Of a stretch of DNA of 64,000 nucleotides, positions 56,238-64,000 are shown piece by piece. The stretch covers positions 32,001-96,000 of the forward strand of contig JBMNIW010000007.1 of NCBI GenBank assembly GCA_050951325.1, written 5' to 3'. Position numbers and translations under genes: made by a program. Source of the stretch: Clostridia bacterium (GTDB lineage Bacteria > Bacillota > Clostridia > UBA1212 > DUPL01). The notes under the pieces are model-generated. The model did no database searches. It was not told the DNA's origin and saw nothing but the letters and a program-made list of their open reading frames with translations. Every line of letters starts with the position of its first letter. Positions within the stretch are counted from its first letter, which is position 1.

Positions 56238-57566
56238 ATGCGTATATTATTAATCAGACCCAAGCCTCACAAGGAAACCATTGGTCTTCAAAACGTAATG
56301 ATATGCGAGCCGCTGGAGCTTGAATACGTAAGCGCATACCTGTCAAAACACGGGCATGATGTAACTATTGTGGATAAAATTCTAGAAAGAAAAAGTGTAG
56401 CTCACTTTGTGAAAAAATACAAGCCAGATATGGTAGGCCTTACAGGATACATATCCCATGTGAATGTAATAAAGAAGTATGCGGAAGAAATCAAGAAGGT
56501 AAACAAAGACATCATTGTCTGTGTAGGCGGTGTTCATGCGGAAGTTTGTCCTGAGGATTTTTCGCATGAATGTATTGACTACGTTCTCAAGGCAAACGCT
56601 TTGGACGCTTTCCTTGGAATTGCGGACAACAGAATTGATATGACAAACATATTGGAAAAAGAAAAATCACAAACCTTCTGCTACCCTTTTCCTGACCGGG
56701 AGAAAGTAAAAAAGTATAGAAAGAAGTACTACTACATGTTCCACAGAAACTGTACGCTGATTAAAACATCCTTTGGATGTCCCTACAACTGCAGCTTCTG
56801 TTTTTGCAGGGAAATCACTGACAACAAATACTTTGCAAGAAGTGTGGAAGATATAATTAATGAACTAAAAACAATAAAGGAAGAAGAAGTCTACATAGTG
56901 GACGACAACTTTCTTTTCAATGCAAATAGATTAAATCATTTCTGCGACATGTTGGAAAAAGAAAACATAAAGAAAAGATACCTGGTTTACGGAAGAGCGG
57001 ATTTCATTGCCGAAAACGAGGAAGTTGTTAAAAGGCTTAAGGACAACGGACTTCGGGCGGTAATTGTAGGTCTGGAATCCTGTGATGACAAAATGCTCGA
57101 AGGATACAACAAAAAATCAAACAGCAAGATTAATGAAAAGGCAGTGGCAATACTGAAAAAACATAACATTGAATGCTACGGCACTTTCATACTGGGGATT
57201 GACTGGGACAGGGAAGATTTTAAAAAGCTCAAGGAATGGATTAAAAAACTGGGAATTACCTTTGTAAATCTGCAGCCGTTTACGCCTCTGCCTGGTACTG
57301 ATATGTATGACTTGTACAAAGACAAACTTATTGTAAAAAGGGAGGAGTATGAAAAATGGGACATGGCACATCTTGTTGTAAGGCCAACAAAGATATCGGT
57401 AAGAAAGTACTATCTCTATACAATACTTCTTTACTATAGCACCATGGTCAATCCCAAAAAGAGCATTTATATGATAAAAAAGTACGGCCTTATGGATACA
57501 TTGAAACTAAGCATAGGTGCCTTCAAAGTGAATATGCAATACCTTAAAAAATTTTTAAAGGGATGA
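56238..57566 (+). CDS. Cobalamin-binding radical SAM protein 1
   Basis: EPLELEYV, GGVHA, GCPYNCSFC, VDDNF, VGLES, TPLPGT. Confidence 0.9.
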   Translation: MRILLIRPKPHKETIGLQNVMICEPLELEYVSAYLSKHGHDVTIVDKILERKSVAHFVKKYKPDMVGLTGYISHVNVIKKYAEEIKKVNKDIIVCVGGVHAEVCPEDFSHECIDYVLKANALDAFLGIADNRIDMTNILEKEKSQTFCYPFPDREKVKKYRKKYYYMFHRNCTLIKTSFGCPYNCSFCFCREITDNKYFARSVEDIINELKTIKEEEVYIVDDNFLFNANRLNHFCDMLEKENIKKRYLVYGRADFIAENEEVVKRLKDNGLRAVIVGLESCDDKMLEGYNKKSNSKINEKAVAILKKHNIECYGTFILGIDWDREDFKKLKEWIKKLGITFVNLQPFTPLPGTDMYDLYKDKLIVKREEYEKWDMAHLVVRPTKISVRKYYLYTILLYYSTMVNPKKSIYMIKKYGLMDTLKLSIGAFKVNMQYLKKFLKG

Positions 57567-58891
57567 AACACATGAAAAAGAAAATTTTACTCATACAATC
57601 AACACCATACGATTCACAGGGAAAACTGATAAAAAAATCAAGACTGTATTTTGTAGGTCTTGCCCTCCCTCTTCTTGCAGCCCTTACTCCTGATGACTGG
57701 CAAGTGGAAATCTGTCTTGAGACAATAGAGGATGTACCTTTTGACACTGATTGCGATGTTGTTGGAATCAGCAGCATGGGTCATGCAGTTATAAGGTCCA
57801 TTGATATTGCAAAAGAGTTTAAAAAAAGAGGGAAAATTGTACTAATGGGTGGCTATATGACAAGCCTTATGCCCAACGAGGCTAAAAAGTACTGTGATAG
57901 TGTAATAATTGGCGATGCGGAAGAAGTATGGGAAGATGTTTTAAGAGACATAGAGAATAACACATTGAAGGATTATTATGAAAAACCTCTTACAACCTTA
58001 AAATATCCAACTCCCAGGTTTGATTTGATAATGGATAAGAAAATCGGAAACTTTCTTCCTGTGCAGGCAGGAAGAGGCTGCCCGCATTCCTGCAGCTTTT
58101 GCTCTGTGGCATGCCTTTACAAAAACAAATACTACAGAAGGGAAATAAGTGAGGTTGTAAGAGACATCAAGCAAATAAAAGAGCTTGGTTTTAACAGATT
58201 TCTTCTCTTGGATGACAATATTGCATCGGACCCAGGTTATATGCTTGAACTTTGTCAGGAGATTAAGAAGCTTGACATGAAGTGGATGAGTCAGTGTTCA
58301 ATAAACATTGCGAGGAACGACAAACTTTTGAATGTCGTTGCAGAAAGTGGTTGCGATGTATTGAGTTTTGGTCTTGAAAGCATCTCAAAGGAAAGTCTTG
58401 ATGCAATGAACAAAAGATGGGCAAATCCGAAGGAGTATAATGTTTTGCTCAAGAAAATCAGGGATGCAGGTATTGATGTTTCTACTGAGATGGTGGTGGG
58501 AGCGGATGGTGATACTCTTGAGACAATAAAAGACACCGCCAAATTTATTGAAGTCAACAAGGTCGCAGTCCCCAGATTCTACATCCTGACCCCTATTCCA
58601 GGTACTGCTTTCTTTGAGGAAATGAAGAAGGAAAACAGGATTTACATAGAAGACATATACTCATACAATGGAAGCGAATGCGTGCACATCCCAAAAAACA
58701 TGTCACCGGAAGAGCTTACCAAAGCATATTGGGATTTGTATAATAATGTTTTCAAGATAAGAAGCATTCTAAAAAGAACTATATTCCAAAAAAGGTTCTT
58801 TAAAAAACCCCTCACCTATATCTTTTACTTCTATGTAAATCTGTACTACAGGTATCAGATAAAAAGAAAAATTACACCAAATATTATCTAG
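57563..58891 (+). CDS. Cobalamin-binding radical SAM protein 2
   Basis: LPLLAALTP, MGGY, RGCPHSCSFC, LDDNI, FGLES, TPIPGT. Confidence 0.9.
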   Translation: MKHMKKKILLIQSTPYDSQGKLIKKSRLYFVGLALPLLAALTPDDWQVEICLETIEDVPFDTDCDVVGISSMGHAVIRSIDIAKEFKKRGKIVLMGGYMTSLMPNEAKKYCDSVIIGDAEEVWEDVLRDIENNTLKDYYEKPLTTLKYPTPRFDLIMDKKIGNFLPVQAGRGCPHSCSFCSVACLYKNKYYRREISEVVRDIKQIKELGFNRFLLLDDNIASDPGYMLELCQEIKKLDMKWMSQCSINIARNDKLLNVVAESGCDVLSFGLESISKESLDAMNKRWANPKEYNVLLKKIRDAGIDVSTEMVVGADGDTLETIKDTAKFIEVNKVAVPRFYILTPIPGTAFFEEMKKENRIYIEDIYSYNGSECVHIPKNMSPEELTKAYWDLYNNVFKIRSILKRTIFQKRFFKKPLTYIFYFYVNLYYRYQIKRKITPNII

Positions 58892-58893
58892 AT

Positions 58894-58930
58894 AATAAAA
58901 GAATCGGGGCACGAGCCCCGATTCTTTATT
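58894..58930. terminator. Bidirectional intrinsic terminator
   Basis: AAAGAATCGGGGC-acga-GCCCCGATTCTTT. Confidence 0.85.
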
Positions 58931-58939
58931 GATCCACTA

Positions 58940-59626
58940 TTACCTTCTGTTGGGCGGAACATAGTTTTCCGCTTCCTCAAGTGTTGCAAAGAACCCAATA
59001 TAGTCTACGGTTATTGTGGAATCAAGTGGAGGACTGGCAAGAATGTCTGCACGTAAAGCAGTGATGGTTTCTGCTCCCTCTTTCAGCTCACTAAGGTTAA
59101 TGATAACCTCCTGCCATTCTTCCGATGGATCAGCTTGAAAATCATAATGCTGATCAGGACCGGATATTTTCTCTCCATCAAATGCTATGTAAAACTGTCC
59201 TCTTGTTACTCCTGTTGTATGCTTAAAGAACATCTTGAGATATGGATACTCCGAGAGTTCCAAAAAACCATCGGGGAATGGAATATAGAAATACGGATCG
59301 GGCTTGGTTATAACTGTTATCACCAGACCTTCTTCTGTAAATTCCAATTCTGCATTTGTAGGTCTTATAAATCCCTCAAACATAGTATCAACAATATCCT
59401 CCCCCTCGAATGCAAAGCGGTATAAAATTGCCTTTACCTCCGCATCAGGATCCGGTGTAGGTGAAGGTGTTGGTTCAGGTGTATCCGTAGGTTCAGGTGT
59501 ATCTGTTGGCTCGGGTGTTGCTGTTGGTTCCGGAGTATTCTCCTCCTCATCCTTTTGCTGGCACCCTGCAAAAGACACAACCATTAATACTGCCATAATG
59601 ACTGCTAACACTTTTATAATTTTCAT
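58940..59626 (-). CDS. Acidic lipoprotein, PT linker plus CBM-like jelly-roll domain (copy A)
   Basis: AGGAGG RBS, lipobox FAGC, EPT(D/A)TP repeats, DPYF...YPY...WQEVIINL...LRAD...VDYIGF. Confidence 0.72.
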   Translation of the reverse strand: MKIIKVLAVIMAVLMVVSFAGCQQKDEEENTPEPTATPEPTDTPEPTDTPEPTPSPTPDPDAEVKAILYRFAFEGEDIVDTMFEGFIRPTNAELEFTEEGLVITVITKPDPYFYIPFPDGFLELSEYPYLKMFFKHTTGVTRGQFYIAFDGEKISGPDQHYDFQADPSEEWQEVIINLSELKEGAETITALRADILASPPLDSTITVDYIGFFATLEEAENYVPPNRR

Positions 59627-59669
59627 GTACCCCCTCCTAGCAAATACTTTTATGCTTTTATCAATTGAT

Positions 59670-60368
59670 TTATTCACCTTGCTCAACCCTTCTGTTAGGC
59701 GGAACATATTCCTCAGCTGCCTCCAGAGTTGCAAAGAATCCAAAATAATCTATAGTTATTGTGGATTCAAGAGGAGGATTGCCTAACAGGTCTGCACGAA
59801 ATGCAGTAATCGTTTCTGCTCCTTCTTTCAGCTCACTAAGGTTGATAATTACCTCTTGCCAGTCATCTGTTTCTTCAGCATCAAAACGGTAATGCTGTTC
59901 GTCACTGGTAATTTGTTCCCCATCAAAACCAATATATAACTGTCCCGCAGTTATCTTTGATGAGTTCTTGAAGAGAAGTTTGAAATATGGATACTCTGAA
60001 AGATCCAAATAACCATCAGGGAATGGGACAAAGAAATATGGGTCGGTTTGCTTTTCAACCGTTATTAACAATCCCTCTTCCGTATATTCCATAATAGCAT
60101 TCATGGAATTTATAAACCCATTGAACATGGTATCTACAATATCCTCACCTTCAAATGCAAAGCGATACAAAATCGCATCTACCTCCGCATCTGGATCAGG
60201 CGTAGGTGAAGGCGTTGGTTCGGGTGTATCTGTTGGCTCGGGTGTATCTGTTGGAACTGGCGTGGCAGTAGGCTCCGGAGTTGGTTCCTCTCCACCATTT
60301 TTGCACCCTGCAAATGAGAAGATAATAATAACAGCCATAAGAATAAAAAACACTTTTATGTACTTCAT
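59670..60368 (-). CDS. Acidic lipoprotein, PT linker plus CBM-like jelly-roll domain (copy B)
   Basis: Colinear paralogue of copy A; GGAGG RBS, lipobox FAGC. Confidence 0.72.
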   Translation of the reverse strand: MKYIKVFFILMAVIIIFSFAGCKNGGEEPTPEPTATPVPTDTPEPTDTPEPTPSPTPDPDAEVDAILYRFAFEGEDIVDTMFNGFINSMNAIMEYTEEGLLITVEKQTDPYFFVPFPDGYLDLSEYPYFKLLFKNSSKITAGQLYIGFDGEQITSDEQHYRFDAEETDDWQEVIINLSELKEGAETITAFRADLLGNPPLESTITIDYFGFFATLEAAEEYVPPNRRVEQGE

Positions 60369-60526
60369 ACGGGTACCTCCATCCGATACTTAATTCTGTA
60401 TTTATAGTTTATATAAAATAAAATAAATTTCAAGATGTTTTTTTACAATTGTAACATTTTTTAGTTTAATTAAATAACATATAAATACTGATACCATTTA
60501 ACCAGCATTGTCTTGGAGGATAGAAT

Positions 60527-61987
60527 ATGTTATGCAAAAAGTGCCAGCGCCCTTTGGATAATGATACGTATTTGTGCAAGGAATGTACTGACAGATACCC
60601 CTTTCTTTATGTTAAGAAAGACTCTGATTTGTACTTGATGCAGAAAAAGGGTTACAAGATTGGTTCTTTTGGAATGGATCTCATTTTATCAAAAATATTG
60701 ATATCCGAAGATGGAAGAATAATATTTTTTACATTGTTTAGCAGCAAAGATAAAAGAACTCTAATGTACCATGACCTAAAATCCGATGACACTTCCTTGG
60801 GATTTATCGCTGACAATGTGATAGAGTTTCAAGTAAGCGAAAAGGGCGACATTGTCTACTTTATCGACATCTCCAACACGCTATATTATTTTGATTTCAA
60901 CAAGACGGAAAGAATATCCGACATTGCCTTTTCGTTGCAAATCAGCAAAGACGGCAACTACCTGGTATATGAAAATTCTGATTCATACTTTTTGTATAAT
61001 CATGAAAAAGAAAAGAGCGATTTTATTGACTGCAATATTGATTTTGTTGAGATGTCTCCTGATTTCAACACAATGCTATATATAAAAGACAACACATTAT
61101 ATAGATTTACAAAAGATTTGGAAAAAGAAAGTATCAAGGACGGTGTCAAAGAGGTAATATACATAAACGATAACGAATTCTATTACATAAACTTGGAGGA
61201 CGAATTATGCTTTCATGACAATAAAGGGTCCAGATCCGTATTAGATGCGAGCAAAATTTTGTTTATAAAGAAAATCTGCAAAGAGAAACCCGTTCTGGTG
61301 GTTACCGTAGGATTCAGTCTTAATTTGCTTGTGTTAAGGGATAAATTTCTAATACTTAATATGCACAGTCTTGTTAATGATTTTGTTTTCAATTCTTCGT
61401 TGACAAGATTTGCATTCGTTAGTACTAAAACGACTGAAGACGATCTGTTATACAACCTTTGCGTGTATGACTTGGATAAGTACGCTTTGCATGAAATTAC
61501 AGATAATGTTATTTTCCACAGTTATCTTCCCAATGACCAACTGATCTACGGAGTATGGAATGAAAGACTCGTTGAACTTTACATCGACGATAAGAAAATT
61601 GATACAGGAAGGTTTCATGAAGTATGTACCGATAATGAAGGCAACATTTATTACGTAAAAGCAAAGAGGATAAACGGGAGTGTCGAAAGAGACCTATACT
61701 TCTACGATATTAAACAGAATAAAACCACCCTTATAGCGAAAGACATTATTGACTTTTACCACATATGCAAGAATATGATTTACTATTACAAGGACAATTA
61801 CACCACCTTTGATGTTCAAAATTACAACCTGTACCTCTTTGACGGTGAAAAAAGTAAACTTCTTGATTTCGGGTTGAGAAAACACTTGTGGCTTGACAGG
61901 ATATCACATGGCAGAAGCGACAAATATCAGCCCGCCTATATCTGCGGTTACGATATCTACTGGTTATATTTGGGCAGCTTTTATTAA
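60527..61987 (+). CDS. Hypothetical protein: N-terminal zinc ribbon plus beta-propeller-like repeats
   Basis: CKKC...CKEC; repeated ISEDG, VSEKG, ISKDG, MSPDF blades; GGAGG RBS. Confidence 0.6.
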   Translation: MLCKKCQRPLDNDTYLCKECTDRYPFLYVKKDSDLYLMQKKGYKIGSFGMDLILSKILISEDGRIIFFTLFSSKDKRTLMYHDLKSDDTSLGFIADNVIEFQVSEKGDIVYFIDISNTLYYFDFNKTERISDIAFSLQISKDGNYLVYENSDSYFLYNHEKEKSDFIDCNIDFVEMSPDFNTMLYIKDNTLYRFTKDLEKESIKDGVKEVIYINDNEFYYINLEDELCFHDNKGSRSVLDASKILFIKKICKEKPVLVVTVGFSLNLLVLRDKFLILNMHSLVNDFVFNSSLTRFAFVSTKTTEDDLLYNLCVYDLDKYALHEITDNVIFHSYLPNDQLIYGVWNERLVELYIDDKKIDTGRFHEVCTDNEGNIYYVKAKRINGSVERDLYFYDIKQNKTTLIAKDIIDFYHICKNMIYYYKDNYTTFDVQNYNLYLFDGEKSKLLDFGLRKHLWLDRISHGRSDKYQPAYICGYDIYWLYLGSFY

Positions 61988-62550
61988 TATTTCACCGTAT
62001 CACCGTTCTTCCTGCCGCTTGCCAGAGCAAAGGATGCTTCTTTTACCGCCTGCTTTTTGTAGTCATTGTTCCACCGGTTGACACCTATGTAATCAAATAT
62101 GTATGCATTTGCATGCCTGCAAAAGCGTTCCATCTGCTCAAGACAGGTCAATATGCCATTGCCTGATCCCCCAGCCACTGCAATAAGAAGTACCTGCTTT
62201 CCTACAAGCACTTCCTTGTGGTGGTAGTCATATCTGCGTAGTCTATCAAGAAAGGACTTCAAGGCTTCGGATGTCTCTCCCCAGTACACCGGTGTTGCAA
62301 TAATGATTGCATCACTATCCTTTACCCTTTCCTTTATCTCATTAAATCCATCGTCTCCGTATTCACACTCGCCTGTCACACATGCACCCCAGCCATTTCC
62401 ACAAACCTTGCACCTTTCTATTTCAGTGTCGCACAGTCTTACCTCATCCACCTGCCCGCCTGCTTCAACAACCCCCTGTTTTGCCGCTTTAATAACCGAA
62501 TGACTAAGTCCTTTTGATTTTGGCGTGCCTGATAGTATGCATATCTTCAC
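61984..62550 (-). CDS. Iron-sulfur flavoprotein / NADPH-dependent FMN reductase family
   Basis: SGTPK, CKVC...C...C, ATPVYWG, LKSFLDR. Confidence 0.85.
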   Translation of the reverse strand: MKICILSGTPKSKGLSHSVIKAAKQGVVEAGGQVDEVRLCDTEIERCKVCGNGWGACVTGECEYGDDGFNEIKERVKDSDAIIIATPVYWGETSEALKSFLDRLRRYDYHHKEVLVGKQVLLIAVAGGSGNGILTCLEQMERFCRHANAYIFDYIGVNRWNNDYKKQAVKEASFALASGRKNGDTVKY

Positions 62551-62669
62551 TCCTATCATTCCTTTCATTGTTGATTTCCCTATCATCATATTACACAATC
62601 CTATTGAATATACTTGATTATACACTATATATCCTACTAATGAACTTGGAAATATGTTAATTTTACATA

Positions 62670-62698
62670 TTGACATTGTAAGGTATATTAAGTATCAT
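62670..62698 (+). promoter_or_regulatory. Sigma-A promoter of the ABC operon
   Basis: TTGACA-17 bp-TATCAT. Confidence 0.75.
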
Positions 62699-62709
62699 AG
62701 TAAAAAATT

Positions 62710-62796
62710 AAAAAGGCCTTGAAAAAAGCAGGGTACAAGAATTGGCATTATGGTAGGTACATCCCTGTATGGCTCAGGGGCTTTTTTATTTCATAA
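62710..62796 (+). promoter_or_regulatory. Structured 5' leader with terminator/antiterminator alternatives
   Basis: CCCTG at 62763 can pair with CAGGG at 62775 (followed by a T run) or with CAGGG at 62729. Confidence 0.5.
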
Positions 62797-62833
62797 TCAA
62801 ATCATATATTTTGTAGCATGGAGGTAAGGTAGA

Positions 62834-63811
62834 ATGAAAAGAAAATTATCAATCGTATTGATTATGTGTATCTTTGTATCTTTAATCGCTGGTTGTACAG
62901 GTGGAAATGACGGTAAAATCGTCATAGGCATCATCCAGTACATGGACCATATCGCATTGGATTCAGCCCGCGAGGGATTCATCGAGGCTCTCAAAGACAA
63001 CGGCTATATTGTAGGAGATAACCTTGTCATTGATTATCAGAACGCACAGGGCGATCAAAGTAATCTGGGTTCCATCAGTGATCAGTTTGTCAACAAAAAT
63101 GTAGACTTGGTACTGGCAATTGCAACGCCTGCTGCACAAACAATTGCTGGAAAAACAAAAGAAATCCCCATTCTTGCTACCGCTGTTACTGACTTTGAGT
63201 CTGCAAGGCTTGTAGAGTCAAATGAAAAACCCGGCGGTAATGTAACTGGAACCACTGACATGAACCCAATCAAGGAGCAGATGGACCTTTTGGTTAAACT
63301 GGTTCCAGACACAAAGACGGTGGGTGTTCTTTACACATCCAGCGAAGACAACTCAATTACCCAGGCAAAAATTGCAAAGGAAGTAATTGAAAATCTTGGT
63401 CTTACATATGTGGAGGTTACTGTTACAAACACCAACGATGTTCAGCAGGCAACTCAGCAAATAGTTGATATGTGCGATGCCATATACATCCCCACTGACA
63501 ACACCTTTGCTTCAGCCATGCCTGTTGTTTATGGTGTAACAAAGGAATCAAAAACCCCTGTCATTTGCGGTGAATCCGGCATGGTTAAGCAGGGCGGTCT
63601 TGCAACCCTTGGTATCAATTACAGGGATCTTGGTTATCAAACAGGCCTTATGGCTGTTAAAATCCTGAAAGGCGATGCAAAACCAAAAGATATGTCCGTT
63701 GAAGCTTCAACCAAGTTTGACTTCTATATAAACGGAGATGTGGCAGACGAAATTGGTTTGGAAATACCTGAAGACCTTAAACAATATGTAGTATATGGAG
63801 AGAACAAATAA
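62834..63811 (+). CDS. ABC substrate-binding lipoprotein (ABC_sub_bind, TrpX/aromatic amino acid-like)
   Basis: Lipobox IAGC; IGIIQYMDHIALD, NAQGDQ, IATPAAQ, GGNVTGTTD, IPTDN. Confidence 0.88.
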   Translation: MKRKLSIVLIMCIFVSLIAGCTGGNDGKIVIGIIQYMDHIALDSAREGFIEALKDNGYIVGDNLVIDYQNAQGDQSNLGSISDQFVNKNVDLVLAIATPAAQTIAGKTKEIPILATAVTDFESARLVESNEKPGGNVTGTTDMNPIKEQMDLLVKLVPDTKTVGVLYTSSEDNSITQAKIAKEVIENLGLTYVEVTVTNTNDVQQATQQIVDMCDAIYIPTDNTFASAMPVVYGVTKESKTPVICGESGMVKQGGLATLGINYRDLGYQTGLMAVKILKGDAKPKDMSVEASTKFDFYINGDVADEIGLEIPEDLKQYVVYGENK

Positions 63812-63843
63812 CAAGCATTGATGCTTTGAAAGAGTGAAAATAA

Positions 63844-64000
63844 ATGTTGAATATTATTCTAGGCGCTGTCTCCCTTGGACTCATTTGGGCGATAATGACC
63901 ATTGGTGTATACATAACATACAGAATACTGGGCATTGCAGATTTGACCGTGGAAGGAACCCTTGCCATGGGTGCTGCAATTGCTGCAAACAGCATAAGTA
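63844..64000 (+). CDS. ABC permease, 5' part only
   Basis: MLNIILGAVSLGLIWAIMTIGVYITYRILGIADLTVEG. Confidence 0.85.
   Translation, partial: MLNIILGAVSLGLIWAIMTIGVYITYRILGIADLTVEGTLAMGAAIAANSIS

Noticed and set aside
58940-60368. Paralogue pairs here and at 36170-37603 as template/variable repeats of a diversity-generating retroelement
   Set aside because: No reverse transcriptase in the window; both copies are coding and differences are not restricted to adenines
59304-60393. Antisense ORFs rich in GVGSGV (also 26321-26557, 36708-37622) and most other short overlapping ORFs in the track
   Set aside because: Shadows of Pro/Thr linker codons or of real genes on the opposite strand; no RBS or family motifs
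62710-62796. T-box riboswitch
   Set aside because: Leader is too short and lacks the GGTGGNACC T-box sequence and a specifier stem; kept only as an attenuator-like finding

Overview
Chromosomal window from a low-GC Gram-positive anaerobe (Clostridia-like: GGAGG ribosome-binding sites, sigma-A promoters, Pro/Thr-linker lipoproteins). No rRNA, tRNA or CRISPR array is visible. 1-25 kb: housekeeping, redox and signalling genes, two genes broken by internal deletions (an AlgI-type MBOAT and a sugar-binding lipoprotein), and four paralogous surface proteins with a GH99/GH71-like catalytic domain plus a CBM9-like domain. One paralogue is fused through two membrane helices to an ABC solute-binding domain. 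About 25.2-50.7 kb: a visibly AT-richer island with an ECF sigma/anti-sigma pair, GH29 and GH95 fucosidases, a GH2 read in frame into an SGNH esterase, AraC regulators, an IS1634-family element flanked by a 343-bp direct repeat, and at the right edge an IS91-type rolling-circle element interrupted by an IS21 element. 50.7-64 kb: DUF1538/P-II pair, a URO-D-fold protein, a four-gene operon of two GNAT-fold proteins and two cobalamin-dependent radical SAM enzymes (the best candidate for an undescribed lipid or metabolite pathway), two tandem CBM-like lipoproteins, and an ABC transporter preceded by an attenuator-like leader. All family calls come from motif recognition by eye; no database search was run.
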